From Squalus acanthias (lineage: Eukaryota), in contig CM059432.1 in NCBI GenBank assembly GCA_030390025.1, positions 85,500,001 through 85,564,000 of the forward strand: a stretch of DNA of 64,000 nt. The letters are read 5' to 3'. This document shows, in pieces, positions 13,601-25,029 of this stretch (positions are counted from its first letter, which is position 1; the number at the start of each line of letters is the position of its first letter). Under the pieces are notes generated by a model. The model saw only the letters and a list, made by a program, of their open reading frames with translations. It did not search any database and was not told the DNA's origin. The position numbers and the translations under genes are program-made.

Positions 13601-15776
13601 AGTTAGCCTAACATCTGTCATTGGGAAAATGCTGGAGTCCATCATAAAGGAAATGGTAGCAGGACATTTAGAAAATCATAATATAGTCAAGCAGAGTCAG
13701 CATGGTTTTATGAAAGGGAAATCATGTTTGACAAATTTGCTGGAGTTCTTTGAGGATGTAACGAGCAGGGTGGATAAAGGGAAACCAGTAGATGTCGTGT
13801 ATTTGGATTTCCAGAAGGCATTTGATAAGGTGCCACATAAAAGGTTAATACACAAGATAAGAGCTCACGGGGTTGGGGGTAATGTATTAGCATGGATAGA
13901 GGATTGACTAACTAACAGAAAACAGAGAGTCGGGATAAATGGGTCATTTTCAGGTTGGCAAACTGTAACTAGTGGGGTGCCGCAGGGATCAGTGCTGGGG
14001 CCTCAACTATTTACAATCTATATTAATGACTTGGATGAAGGGACCGAGTGTAATGTAGCAAAATTTGCTGATGATGCAAAGATAGGTGGGAAAGCAAATT
14101 GTGTGGAGGACGCAAAGAATCTCCAAAGGGATATAGATAGGCTAAGTGAGTGGGCAGGAATCTGGCAGATGGAGTATAATGTGGGAAAATGCGAGGTTAT
14201 CCACTTTGGTAGGAAAAATAAAAAAGCAAATTACTTTTTAAATGGGGAGAGATTACAAAATGCTGAGGGATCTGGGGGTCCTTGTACATGAATCACAAAA
14301 ATTTAGCATGCAGGTACAGAAAGTAATTAGGAAGGTAAATGGAATGTTGGCCTTTATTGCAAAGGGAATGGAGTATAAAAGTAGGGAAGTCCTGTTACAA
14401 CTGTACAAGGCGTTGGTGAGACCACACCTGGAGTACTGCGTACAGTTTTGGTCTCCTTATTTAAGGAAGGATATACTTGCATTGGAGGCAGTTCAGAGAA
14501 AGTTCACGAGGTTGATTCCAGAGATGAAAGGGTTGTCTTATGAAGAAAGGTTGGGCCTATACTCATTGGAGTTTAGAAGAATGAGAGGGGATCTTATTGA
14601 TACATATAAGATTCTGAAGGGGCTTGACAGGGTAGATGCAGAGCGGATATTTCCTCTTGTGGGGGAATCTAGAACTAGGGGGCATAATTTCAGAATAAGG
14701 GGGCACCCATTTAAAACGGAAATGAGGAGGAATTTCTTCTCTGAGGGTCGTGAATCTTTGGAATTCTCTTCCCCAGAGAGCTGTGGAGGCTGGGTCATTG
14801 AATATATTTAAGGTGGAGATAGACAGATTTTTGAATGGTAAGGGAGTCAAGGGTTATAGGGAGCGGGCAAGGAAGTGGAGTTGAGGCCAAGTTCAGATCA
14901 GCCATGATCTTATTGAATGGCGGAGCAGGCTCGAGGGGCCAAATGACCTACTCCTGCTCCTATGTCTTATGTTCTTATGAAAATAAAGATTTCAATGTTT
15001 CACAACACATTAATAGAAACTTTACATGAACATTGCATGAAAGTCCCAAGTGCCTACCCTTGTGTGTTGTTAGTTGGTATGATTGGACAAGGATGAGGGT
15101 GAGTGTGAGGGGTGGCTAGTGAGATGGGGAAGTGATAATGTAGATAGGGAGGGATGGGTGGAGGTGCAAGATAAGTTGGTGTGAGTAAGGATGTGCAGGA
15201 GTAGGGTAGGGAAGGCAGAGTAATGGTGATGTGATGAGTGGCACAGCAGGATGAGGTTGAGTGTGGCTTTGCAGTAACGTTTTGTGATCTACTGAGATCA
15301 TTGAAAGGTTTGCACCACTGCAGCCTGGTCCTCCTGATGACACCCCTGCTTGTGTCCTCCTGTGCAATGTGCAACCAGGCTGCGTTGATCTCCTGGGGAG
15401 GTCTCTTCCGCCCATTGGGGAAGTCATGGGAGGGAGGGCATATGGAGGGAGCCATGCGAGAGCCTGGGTGCAGCCATGAACCTTTGTGCAGTACTTGTCA
15501 GTGTTTGCAGCACTTCAATGCTGCAAAACACTGACAGCAGAACTGTCAAAATGAATGTGGACATTGCCCCTTTAAGGAAACCGGCTGATGACGCGTCATC
15601 AAATGACGTCATCAGACCCGCTTCCTTTTAATTTGCCCGGAACCTCACAAGGCGGCCTTAACAAGCCCTAGTAACGTAAAATCATGTCGGAGGCCAGGAT
15701 CCAGAAAGCTGCGGGGTCGGCACCCGCCAAGGTTGTCGCCCGCCACGGACCCGCCGAGGTTGGTAAAATCCAGCAC
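10684..15776. mobile_element. Non-autonomous PIF/Harbinger element split by a CR1 insertion
   Basis: TAT flanks both ends and the TIRs are imperfect. The two halves match, in reverse orientation, the uninterrupted copy at about 19545-21285. Contains a Myb exon 1 remnant (minus strand, about 15280-15480) and a transposase C-terminal remnant (HIAARDA). Confidence 0.8.
11676..14979 (+). mobile_element. 5'-truncated CR1 LINE with ORF1 C-terminus (esterase-like) and a near-complete disrupted ORF2
   Basis: ORF1 remnant VIISGLLPEPR...GHWHQFW...LHLNQAGT. Endonuclease motifs (YDLIAITEMW, GVVYRHPN, SDH) and RT motifs are present in ORFs 12131-14811. The 3' tail is cttatgttcttatg. Confidence 0.95.
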
Positions 15777-15779
15777 TAT

Positions 15780-15900
15780 ATGTTTTCCTACATTACAATA
15801 GTGACTACACTTCTAAAGTACTTAATTGGCTGTAAAGCAATTTGGGACGTCCTGAGATCATGAAAGGTGCTATATAAATGCAAGTACTTTATTTCTTTCT
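15780..15900 (+). mobile_element. DeuSINE-type 3' tail fragment
   Basis: cctacattacaatagtgactacactt...gtgctatataaatgcaagt resembles the SacSINE1/AmnSINE1 3' region as recalled. Confidence 0.6.
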
Positions 15901-16564
15901 TGCTAACTCAGCACAGACCAGGGATCTAACAAAGGTCTTTCCTCGTTTATATGGCCTAGTTACTCAGTGGATAAACTCATGGAGCCATCAATGGAGCCTT
16001 GATTATTCATATTAAACAGATACCAGAGGATAAAAGGATTTGGACAGCATCATTGCTGTCCCAAGACAAGGGAAGCCCACCAAAAGCTGGAAACTTAATG
16101 GGAGTACTTTTGACTTTGGGTGATAGTATAAAACGGGCGATATTGATTCATCTGCACGATATACATCTCCCCTGATGAAAACTGGAAGATAGCGCCCATT
16201 TTACACCATCCCTCAAAGTCAAAATTACCACCAGTCTTTTGGCATTGAAAATAATTGTAAACACTACAAACACATAGCAGAGCAGCTATCTCTCATAGGC
16301 ATGTATCTGAAAATTATAGGCCTGTTGACTTGACATCTACAGTGAGAAAAATATTGGAGTCTATTGAAAAGAAAGCGATTCAAGTGCATTTAACTAGAAT
16401 AATGTCAGTAATTACAAGCCAGTGGCAATTTATCAAAGGCAATTCATGCCTAACAAATTTATTCTCATTTATTTGATGGATGACAGTGTTGTGATTTGAT
16501 ATCATAAAGTCCTTCAGAATAGACAAATGGATAATGTGAAGGGTCTTGGGATAAACTAAGACAT

Positions 16565-17285
16565 TGACCCCGATATTTACGGGGAGCCAGAGAAGGAGCT
16601 TGTCAGCTGCTGGGAAATACCGGGAAGGCGGAGGTCCTGCCGTTAAATACAGCGGGACCTCATTAGAACTCTTTTACTCCATTTGCCGCCCGGCAGCCAG
16701 CCAGATTAAGAGACTGGCCGCCTGCCGGGCAGGAAAGTCTGCAGTACAAGGCAGCAGCTGGGGGCCTCGGGACAGCAATTGAGAAGATCGAGGGTGGTAG
16801 GGTGGTGGAAGAGCGTGCAGGGGGGAAGGAGATCGCAAGGGTACCAGATATCACAGGGGAAGAGATCACGTGTCGGGGGCGAGAGATCAGGTGGGGGGAG
16901 AGAGAGATCGCAGAGTGGGGAGGGTCGGCCAATGAGCATTGCAGCAGGTTTGCTTGAGTAGCCAGGGGGGGAAGCACTCCTACTCCTCCTGGCCCACAAG
17001 CAGCGCTGGAAAAGCACTTGCCTGCTGGTTTCAGCAACTTCCGCCTCCCTTCAGCTGTTAAATTTAAATGGCTGCCAAAATTTGAGAACACAGCCTCATT
17101 AACAAATATAAAAACATTGACCCGCATCTCTAGAGCGGGTCACTCAGCCATCCCCAAACCCATCGAGGTTAAACTGGAAGTGGGTGCATCCGCGGCGAGT
17201 TGGGGTCGGGTTTCACATTTTTACCAATTTAACCCACCCCCGACCCTGTCCCGCCCCTTAGGGTGAGGGGTTAAAATATCCCCCA
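16565..17285 (+). mobile_element. Harbinger-type MITE related to the copies at 42303 and 49100
   Basis: Shares gcagccagccagatt..gagactggc, a G-rich gatc repeat core, cagcctcatta and aaactggaagtggg, and ends in ttaaaatatccccc. Confidence 0.65.
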
Positions 17286-17509
17286 TATTAATTTAGTTAA
17301 TTAATTGCCACGGTAAAAATAAAGGGTAGCGGTTATTGGTGGTAGCTAATTGGAAAATTGAGCAGAAGAGCCCTTGAAGGGTCAGTGCCATATCCTCCGC
17401 TGTTCGTAATATTTCTAAACACAAAATTTATGTCAATCAAAAATATATTGAAGAAAAACAGAAAGAGCATAATTATCTTGCTAGAGTGAGATATATATTT
17501 ACACAAGGT

Positions 17510-17778
17510 GTTAACGTTGGCACAGTGATAGCAGTCTTACCTCTGAATCAGAAGATTCTGGGTTCAAGCCACACTCCAGAGACTTGAGCACATAATCTAG
17601 GCTGACATTTTAGTGCAGTACAGCGGGAGTGCTGGATTTCAGATGAGACATTAAACTGAGGCCTTCTCTGCCTTCCCAGGTAGACGTAAAAGATCCCATG
17701 ACACTATTTGAAGAAGAGCAGGGGAGTTCTCTTGGTGACCTCGCCAATATTTACCCTTCAACTAGCATCACTAAAATT
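17510..17778 (+). mobile_element. tRNA-derived DeuSINE (SacSINE1-like)
   Basis: A/B-box-like head (tggcacagtg...gggttcaagcc) followed by Deu-domain sequence (gcagtac..ggagtgct...aaaagatcccatg.cactatt.gaagaagagcaggggagttctc). Confidence 0.75.
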
Positions 17779-17782
17779 GTTT

Positions 17783-19220
17783 GGGCTAAAAATTTGTGTT
17801 TAGAAATATTACGAACAGCAGATGACACGGCACTGACCCTTCAAGGGCTCTCCTGCTCAATTTCCCAATTAGCTACCACCAATAATCGCGACCCTTCGTG
17901 TAGCGCCCGCTGTTTGGGCACTACAGGTGCCGAAAATGAAGGCCGAGCAGCATGCGCACACTTCTGGTGAGGGCATTAGCGCGGCGCTGGGAGCGTGCAC
18001 CGTAAGTATGCAGAGTCGGCAGATCGTGACGTCAATCAGCATATAATGCTGTTTTGATGCCAGTGCTGCCATTTTTGACCTCAACACTGGAGCTAACGCC
18101 CTTTCTTAACCTCGCACAAATGAACATGCATTCAGCAGCAGGAGGGACCCTCCACCAGCCTACTTACAGGTCACTTGCTAATTAATTTCTTCTAGCTGTT
18201 GCCGAGTTTGTAGGAGTGTTTGGTGCTTTCTAGACTTCTTTAAAGTTGCCTAAAGTCTACAAGGAGTGGTGTGGCATGTGCTCAAGGACTTGGTATAGAC
18301 TTGCAAGGGGTTTGGTCAGACCAGTTGCTCCCAGGTATAACAACAGAAAACGCTGGAAAAACTCAGCAGGCCAGGCAGCACCAGCATCCGTGGAGAGAGA
18401 AACAGAGTTAACATTTCAGGTCGAAGACCTTTCGTCAGAACTGGAAAAAAGCAGGAAAGGGAACAGATTTTAAAGCAAGTTTAGGGGCTGGGAAATGGGG
18501 GAGGGGATGAAAGAACAAAAGAGAAGGTCAGTGATAGGATGGAGGGCAGGAGAAGTAAAGAGGCATTAAGAGATATTCAAGGCAAGAGGAGGTGGAAATG
18601 GGACAGGTTGAGGAACAAAGGATGGCTCTAGATGAAGTGTGAATTGTGCTGGCAGAATGAAGGACAGCTGCCATGTGGGAGGGAAGAAAAAAAGGCCAAA
18701 CAAAAAGTCTGGATAAAAAATATATATATGTGATAGGGGCCGAGGTTATGATCTGAAATTGTTGAACTCCATGTTGAGTCCAGAGGGCTGTAGAGTGCCT
18801 GGCCTGCTGAGTTTTTCCAGCGTTTTCTGTTGTTATTTCGGATTTCCAGCATCTGCAGTATTTTGCTATTGTTGCAGTTGCTCCCAGACACAGGTGCAGT
18901 AGTTTGTATCCCCCTTGGCCTGCAGCATGACAGGGAGAATGAGCAGAGACGACACAGAGCAGGACAAGCTGCTGGAAGAGGCAGGAGGAGGAGGTGAGAA
19001 GGGCTCTCAGCAGGAGGCCATATCCACCAAGGATCTTCAGAGAGCAATTCTCCTACCTTAACCTCAGTGAGGAACAGTGCATTCGACGTCTGTGTTTTAC
19101 TAAGGAGGTGCTCACTGAAATCTGCCACCTGCTGTAGGCAGACCTGCAGCCTCAGTCCAGGGTGAGGATGGCATTGCCAGTGGCTGTGAAGGTGACTGTG
19201 GCCTTGAACTTCTTCGCATC
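17783..19220 (+). mobile_element. Harbinger element 5' part with transposase N-terminal remnant, interrupted by a Penelope-type repeat
   Basis: TIR-like gggctaaaaattt at 17783. Region 19010-19220 encodes RRPYPPRIFREQFSYLNLSEEQCIRRLCFTKE...ALPVAVKVTVALNFFAS, homologous to the transposase at 57039-58231. Confidence 0.8.
18339..18870 (-). mobile_element. Penelope-like retroelement fragment with inverted pseudo-LTR ends and a hammerhead motif
   Basis: 18339-18377 is the reverse complement of about 18796-18835. A hammerhead core lies on the minus strand at 18406-18442. A shorter relative with the same inverted arrangement lies at about 22075-22215. Confidence 0.6.
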
Positions 19221-19224
19221 GGTC

Positions 19225-19545
19225 TCACGTGGGCAGCATGCATATAACAAAAGCCATGCTGTCACATGGAATCTGGTAGAGCAGACCATTGCCGTCCTCC
19301 TGGCTCCAAAAAAATACTCCAGGAGGCTGCACACCGGGAGAACTCTCCTGCTCTTCTTCAAATAGTGCCATGGGATCTTTTATTTCCACTTGAGAGGGCA
19401 AATGGGGCCTTGGTTTACCATCTCATCTAAAACGCGCCACCTTCGAAAATGCAGCACTCCCTCAGTAATGCACTGAAGTGCCGGCCTGGATTATGTGCTC
19501 AAGCTCTAGATTGGGACTTGAACCCACAATCTTCTGACTCAGAGG
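19225..19545 (-). mobile_element. DeuSINE (SacSINE1-like), reverse orientation
   Basis: Reverse complement of the head and Deu domain seen at 17510-17778. Confidence 0.75.
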
Positions 19546-21285
19546 CCACGATTTTGTCTACCGAGGCAGGTCCAGGGTCGGTGGTGGGGTGCGACCCCGC
19601 TGCTGGCTCCAGCCTGCTCTGTGAAATGAATTTTACGCTGATTGGGCTTGTTAAGCCCGCGCAGCACATTTGCCAGCCAATTGAAGGAAGCAGGTCTGAT
19701 GACATCACTTGATGACGCATCATCAGCCAGTTTCCTTAAAGGGACCATGCGCAAATTGATTTTGACAGTTTTGCTGTCAGTGTTCTATAGCACTGAGGTG
19801 CTGCAAATACTGACAAGCACTGCACAGAGGTGCACGCCTGCACCCAGGCTCTCCCATGACTCCCTCCATATGCTTATGGAGGAAGTCACAGCATGCAGGG
19901 AAGTCCTCTTCCCTTCCCATGGGCGGAACAGTCCTCCCCAGGAGATCAATGCAGCCTGGTTGCACATTGCACAGGAGGACATGAGCAGGGATGTCGTCAG
20001 GAGGACCAGGCTGCAGTGCCGCAAATCTTTCAATGATCTCAGTAGATCATGAAACGTTACTGCAATGCCACACTCAATCTCATCCTGCTGTGCCACTCAT
20101 CACATTCCCATCACTCTGCCTTCCCTACCCTACTCCTGCACATCCTTACTCACACCAACTTACCTTGCACCTCCACCCATCCCTCTATCTACATTATCAC
20201 TTCCCCAATTCACTAGCCACCCCTTCACACTCACCCTCATCCTGGTCCAATCATACCAACTAACAACACACAAGGGAAGGCACTTGTGTGTTTTAGCCAA
20301 TGTTCATGTGAAGTTTCTGTTAATGTGCTGTGAAACATTGAAATCTTTATTTTTAGCACTTTGCATTCTTGGACAGATTTGTGTGCACCTTTGGAAGTGG
20401 CTTAGCAAGTTGCAGTGAATGGTGAGACATAACAGTACCCCCCGCTATGGCGATGAGTGTGAAAGGAATGGCTTGGGTATTGTAGGGATGCTTTATGGCG
20501 TTGGTGTGGGGGTTGCCAACCTGGCGCATCATGTGGCAGCCAGGATGTACAGCGTCAAGTAAAGTAAATCTGGCTATGGTGAGGCCATCCCTGGCATCCC
20601 GGGCAGCAATGTGGTCGGGTACTGATGCCCTGTGTCCTGTGCAGCACCAGCTGATTGCGGAGAAGATTGGTGTTGTTGTTGGTGCTGCTGGTGTACCTGG
20701 TGCTGCTGGTGTTGGGGCTGATCGTGGTGGTGTTCTGAGGACCAAGGTGAGATAGTTTCAAGGGCACCGATGCTGATGGAATAGATGGCAGGTGAGGTTG
20801 AGATGACAGAAGTGATCTGTCAGTGGTGAGAGAGGTTGTTCCAGTGAGGTGACACTGGATACAGAGTTTACTCCAAACACTTGCAACCTGCATAAAGCTC
20901 AAACTGTCTTCCAAATGCAGTAAGCAACAGCTTCTAACCTTGGAAAGTGAGCACCTATGAAATGGGAGCTTTTATAGACCATTTGCAGCTGTCAAGTTAA
21001 GAAATCATCCCATGCTGACAGAACACCCGACCTCCTTACCTGACGTGATCCCCGAGCAGTGGGAAAACAGTTGGTGAACTCTTAAAATCTAAAGGTGAGC
21101 TTAATATAGTTTTTAAGTGCCTGTTAATAAGCTCTTAATAATCTAAATTGCCTCCTTTACTGCTTGGTTCCCTACTTGCTGTCAAAAAAAAATTCCCAGC
21201 CAACCCGCCACCAAACGCGCCCACTGACCCCCCGAAAAATTCCCTCCAAAGGTGAGATTCCTGCCACGGACAACCTGAATTCTGA
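19545..21285. mobile_element. Non-autonomous Harbinger element (uninterrupted sister of 10684-15776)
   Basis: Myb exon 1 remnant on the + strand (APRLSHDSL...LQCRKSFNDLSRS) and transposase tail on the - strand. Collinear with the split copy. Confidence 0.78.
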
Positions 21286-21609
21286 AACAAAATGTAAATT
21301 GTTCGAATTTGCAATGATATCAGTAGAATGTGGAGAAGCATCCAAGGACTTACAGAAGGACCTAGAAAAACATTGTTCATGAGAAATATATGGCAGATAA
21401 AATTCAATACAGATAAATGCTAGTTCTTACACATTGGAAAGGAAAATAGGTGGCATACTCAATGAAGGATGTTGAACTGGCTAGGGGAAAAGCTGAAAGA
21501 GATCTGAGACTCAACGCTGTCCACGTCCAGTCATTGCAGAGCAGCAATCAACAAAGCTGTGATGCTGAGCTGTATTACCAAATTAGTAGAGTAGAAGCCT
21601 GAAGTCTTT

Positions 21610-23766
21610 GGGCTAAAAATTTGGGGGCTTTACGCCACCCGTTACCGGCAAAAATGGCGAAAAGAGGGCGGCTGTCGCTCTTTTGCCAGCTGGTGGCGGG
21701 TCCCGCAGCGTCCTCCATTTTCCCGGGCTCGGCAGTGCTGCCATTAAATGTGTTGCCCTGCAGATTTAAGTGAGGTAGCAGTGATGTACGCCGACTTAAC
21801 GTCACCATGGCAAACTTGGACCTTTGCACTGAGTTCAGCGCTGGGTCCTAAGTACGCCAGGTAAACCCAGCGTGCAAGCAGATTCAGAAATACGCTGTCA
21901 GCACCTCTTAAGGGACATCTTTCATAAAGTTTACATTTAAGCTTTTGGACTGGAGTTTTTTGATTTTACTGAAGTAGTGGCTTGATGCAATAGATGTTAA
22001 AAGTGTTTTAAGTGTGTAGGGAGTGCTGCTGGATGCTTGCAAGGCTTCGGGTGGTAAAGGAAGGCCTCTGAGAAGACAGAAAATGCTGCAAATACTCAGC
22101 AGGTCAGGCAGCATCCATGGAGAGAGAAATGGAGTTCACATCTCAGGTCAAGATGCTGCCTGACCTGCTGAGTATATCCAGCATTTTATGCTGTCATTTC
22201 AGATTTACAGCATCTGCTAGCAGAGGCAAGAGGAAGACGTGTAAGAGGAAGAAGCTGAAGAGGAAGAAGTGGAAGCAGAAGAGGAGGAAGCAGAAGAAGA
22301 GGAAGCTGAAGGAAGGATGCAATCCAGACAGCCCCTTTCTGGCTGGAATATCCGGGATGGAATCATCCACCTCCGGTCCCAGTGACCACAACTCCCAATT
22401 CCCCATTTAACATTAGTCCCACATCTTACCTTCCCTCTTACTGACCATCACAGCGTCCTCTTGGCCACGATGCTGAAATAAAAGCCACCACAAAGCAAAC
22501 TCTCCAAACTAACTTTATACATCTATCCATCCAATATGACATCAAAAAATCAACTCATCACCCTTATGCATTCGCTTAGTGACTGTCTTGTGTGTGCCTT
22601 TGCCTATCCTAATGATGTCACGCAGTGCTACCCTAGTGACTGCAGCATGGCTGGTAGAAGACTGCTGACTTTCAGTGGGGGACACTGCAAATGTCTTTGC
22701 TGGTCGACCTTGAGGTGCTGGTGACTGGGAGTGCAAAATCCAATGATGATGATTCTTCTTCTTCTTCTCTCTCCTCTCCCTCTTCTTGGTCAACCACTGG
22801 CTGGGCAGACTACATTTCTTGGGTGTGTGAAATGAGGAAGGCACAAGGGTGGAGGTGTGGTGAGGGGAGGGCTGGAAAGCATGAGGTGCATGCCAGAAGG
22901 AGGATAGCGTATGAGGATACCAGCATCTTGTATCCTTTCTGTCCCGCCGCTGGCCAAGGGCTCAGCCATGTCCCTGCCGAGAATGGTCTGCACCATCTCC
23001 TCCAAGAGGGTGAGGTGAGGCTAGGAATGGGAGATGTGCCTCGTCATTGGTGCAGATTGTTGGTAGGTGAATGATTGGCGGGGGGGAGCCGTGCATTGAG
23101 CAGTGTGTGAGGCTAGTGGTGCAGTTGGTAGGAGACGGCTTTTGAAGATGCATTCACTGACCTTGACCAGTGGTCTGAGGTCATGAAGCTTCTTTGGGCA
23201 CTGGAGCCAGGTGGTGGGGGCGACACTGCTGGCAGTGACGGCCTCGGTGATCTGGCCCCACATCGTTCTTTCTGGAAGGCCTCCTGGCCCCTGTGGGTAG
23301 AGGACCTCTCTTGCAGTGTTGGCTGCACAAAGCTGGAGTGCTGCGTGCGAGACCCTGGGTGCCCCTTCCCTGGCTTGCTGAGCTATTTGTGTTCGTGCTG
23401 AAGCACTTTTCCCATTTTTTTGAGGTTCGGAAGGGAATTCAGCTTGAAGTGCTGAAAACTCCCATTTGGGACTTTTTAATGTTAATTTTTTCTTAAAAGG
23501 CAATAAGGGCTGAAAATTGCATTTTTTCACTTCACTTATTTTTTATTAGTTCTGAACACATTGCCCGTTTAATTCAAAGCCCTTTCAATTACCCACAATT
23601 TCTTGCGAACCCCATAGCCTTGCTCCGAGAGGCTATTAGAAGCTGGAACGCCACTTCAGGATGGGAACTTCAACTTCCATGCCTGCACTAACACCATCAG
23701 GAGGGTGTTGCACAGTAAGTTAGCACTGGGCTAAAAATCTTTAGACCCCAGAGAGAAATTTTCCCC
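21610..23766. mobile_element. Degenerate Harbinger element
   Basis: Starts gggctaaaaattt. Minus-strand Myb remnant (APRVSHAAL...WLQCPKKLHDL, about 23160-23400). Acidic transposase-tail-like sequence on the + strand at about 22230-22370. Confidence 0.65.
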
Positions 23767-24380
23767 GGTTGCGCTTTGTCCATTTTCAGCGGCTGTTAAT
23801 CCAAGGCGGCCACGAATTTTTCCCCCCTTATGCTGAAGCTGTGCTCTGCTTAGGTTGCACCTTGAATACTACATTCAGGTTTGGTCACAGAGACATAGGG
23901 GAAACATCTCAAGACCTGGGTGCGGTGCAAAGAACAGGCAGAAGGCTGAGCCTCGATGTCAGTAGACTGAATTATGAGGAAAGGTTAGAAAAACATGGGA
24001 TGCAACTTTCAACTTCAGCGGGGGCGTAAAACTGCCAATATTGGATTGGCCACCCGTTGTACACCCCACCCAATTTTCCTCTCCATTAAAGTCAATAAAT
24101 AGTCAAATTGAGTGGGTGTATAACGGAAATCTGATCCGATACCATCAGTTTTACGCTCTCACCGAAATCGAAAGTTTTGCCCTTGGGCCCTGGTCTTGAT
24201 GAACACAAATGAGATGGGACATTATATAGATACGTGATAGCAAGTAGAATAGAGAAGGTTAATCTAGAACATTATTTCAAGTTAAACTATGACTGCAGGT
24301 TGAAGGGACATATGTACAAACTGGGCACATTCAAAACTTATGTCAGGATGAACTTCACTCAGAATGATCACTACATATAA

Positions 24381-25029
24381 CAGTATGCTGGCCTTCATAG
24401 CAAAAGGGTTGGAATACAGGAACAGGGATACCTTGATGCAGCTGTACAGGGCACTGGTGAGACCACACCTCGAGTACTGTGTACAGTTATGGTCGCCTCA
24501 TCTGAGGAAAGATGTTCTTGCCATGGAGGGGGTGCAGCGGCGATTCACCAGGCTGATACCAGGAATGGCGGGATTGACCTATGAGGAGAGACTATGTAGT
24601 TTAGGGATGTACACACTGGAGTTTAGAAGATTGAGAGGGGACCTCATAGAAGTGTATAAAATTCTGACAGGTCTAGACAGACTAGATGCAGAAGGAATGT
24701 TTCCCTTGGCGGGTGAGAACAGAACTAGAGGACATAATTTAAGGATAAGGGCTAAACCATTTAGGACAGAGATGAGGGGGAATTTCTTCACTCAGAGGGT
24801 GGTGAACCTGTGGAACTCATTGCCACAGAGGGCAGTGTACGCCAGCTCATTAAATATATTTAAGAGGGAATTAGATATATTTCTACAGGCAAAAGGGGTT
24901 AAGGGTTACGGAGAGAAGGCGGGGACGGGATACTGAATTGGAGGATCAGCCATGATCTCATTAAATGGCGGAGCAGGCTCGAAGGGCCGGATGGCCTACT
25001 CCTGCTCCTATCTTCTATGTATCTATGTA
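24381..25029 (+). mobile_element. CR1 LINE 3' fragment
   Basis: ORF 24364-24936 (MLAFIAKG...VRPHLEYC...FFTQRVVNLWNSLP) followed by a 3' UTR. Confidence 0.92.

Noticed and set aside
17510..17580. tRNA gene
   Set aside because: It is the tRNA-derived head of a SINE, continuing into the Deu domain with no proper cloverleaf.
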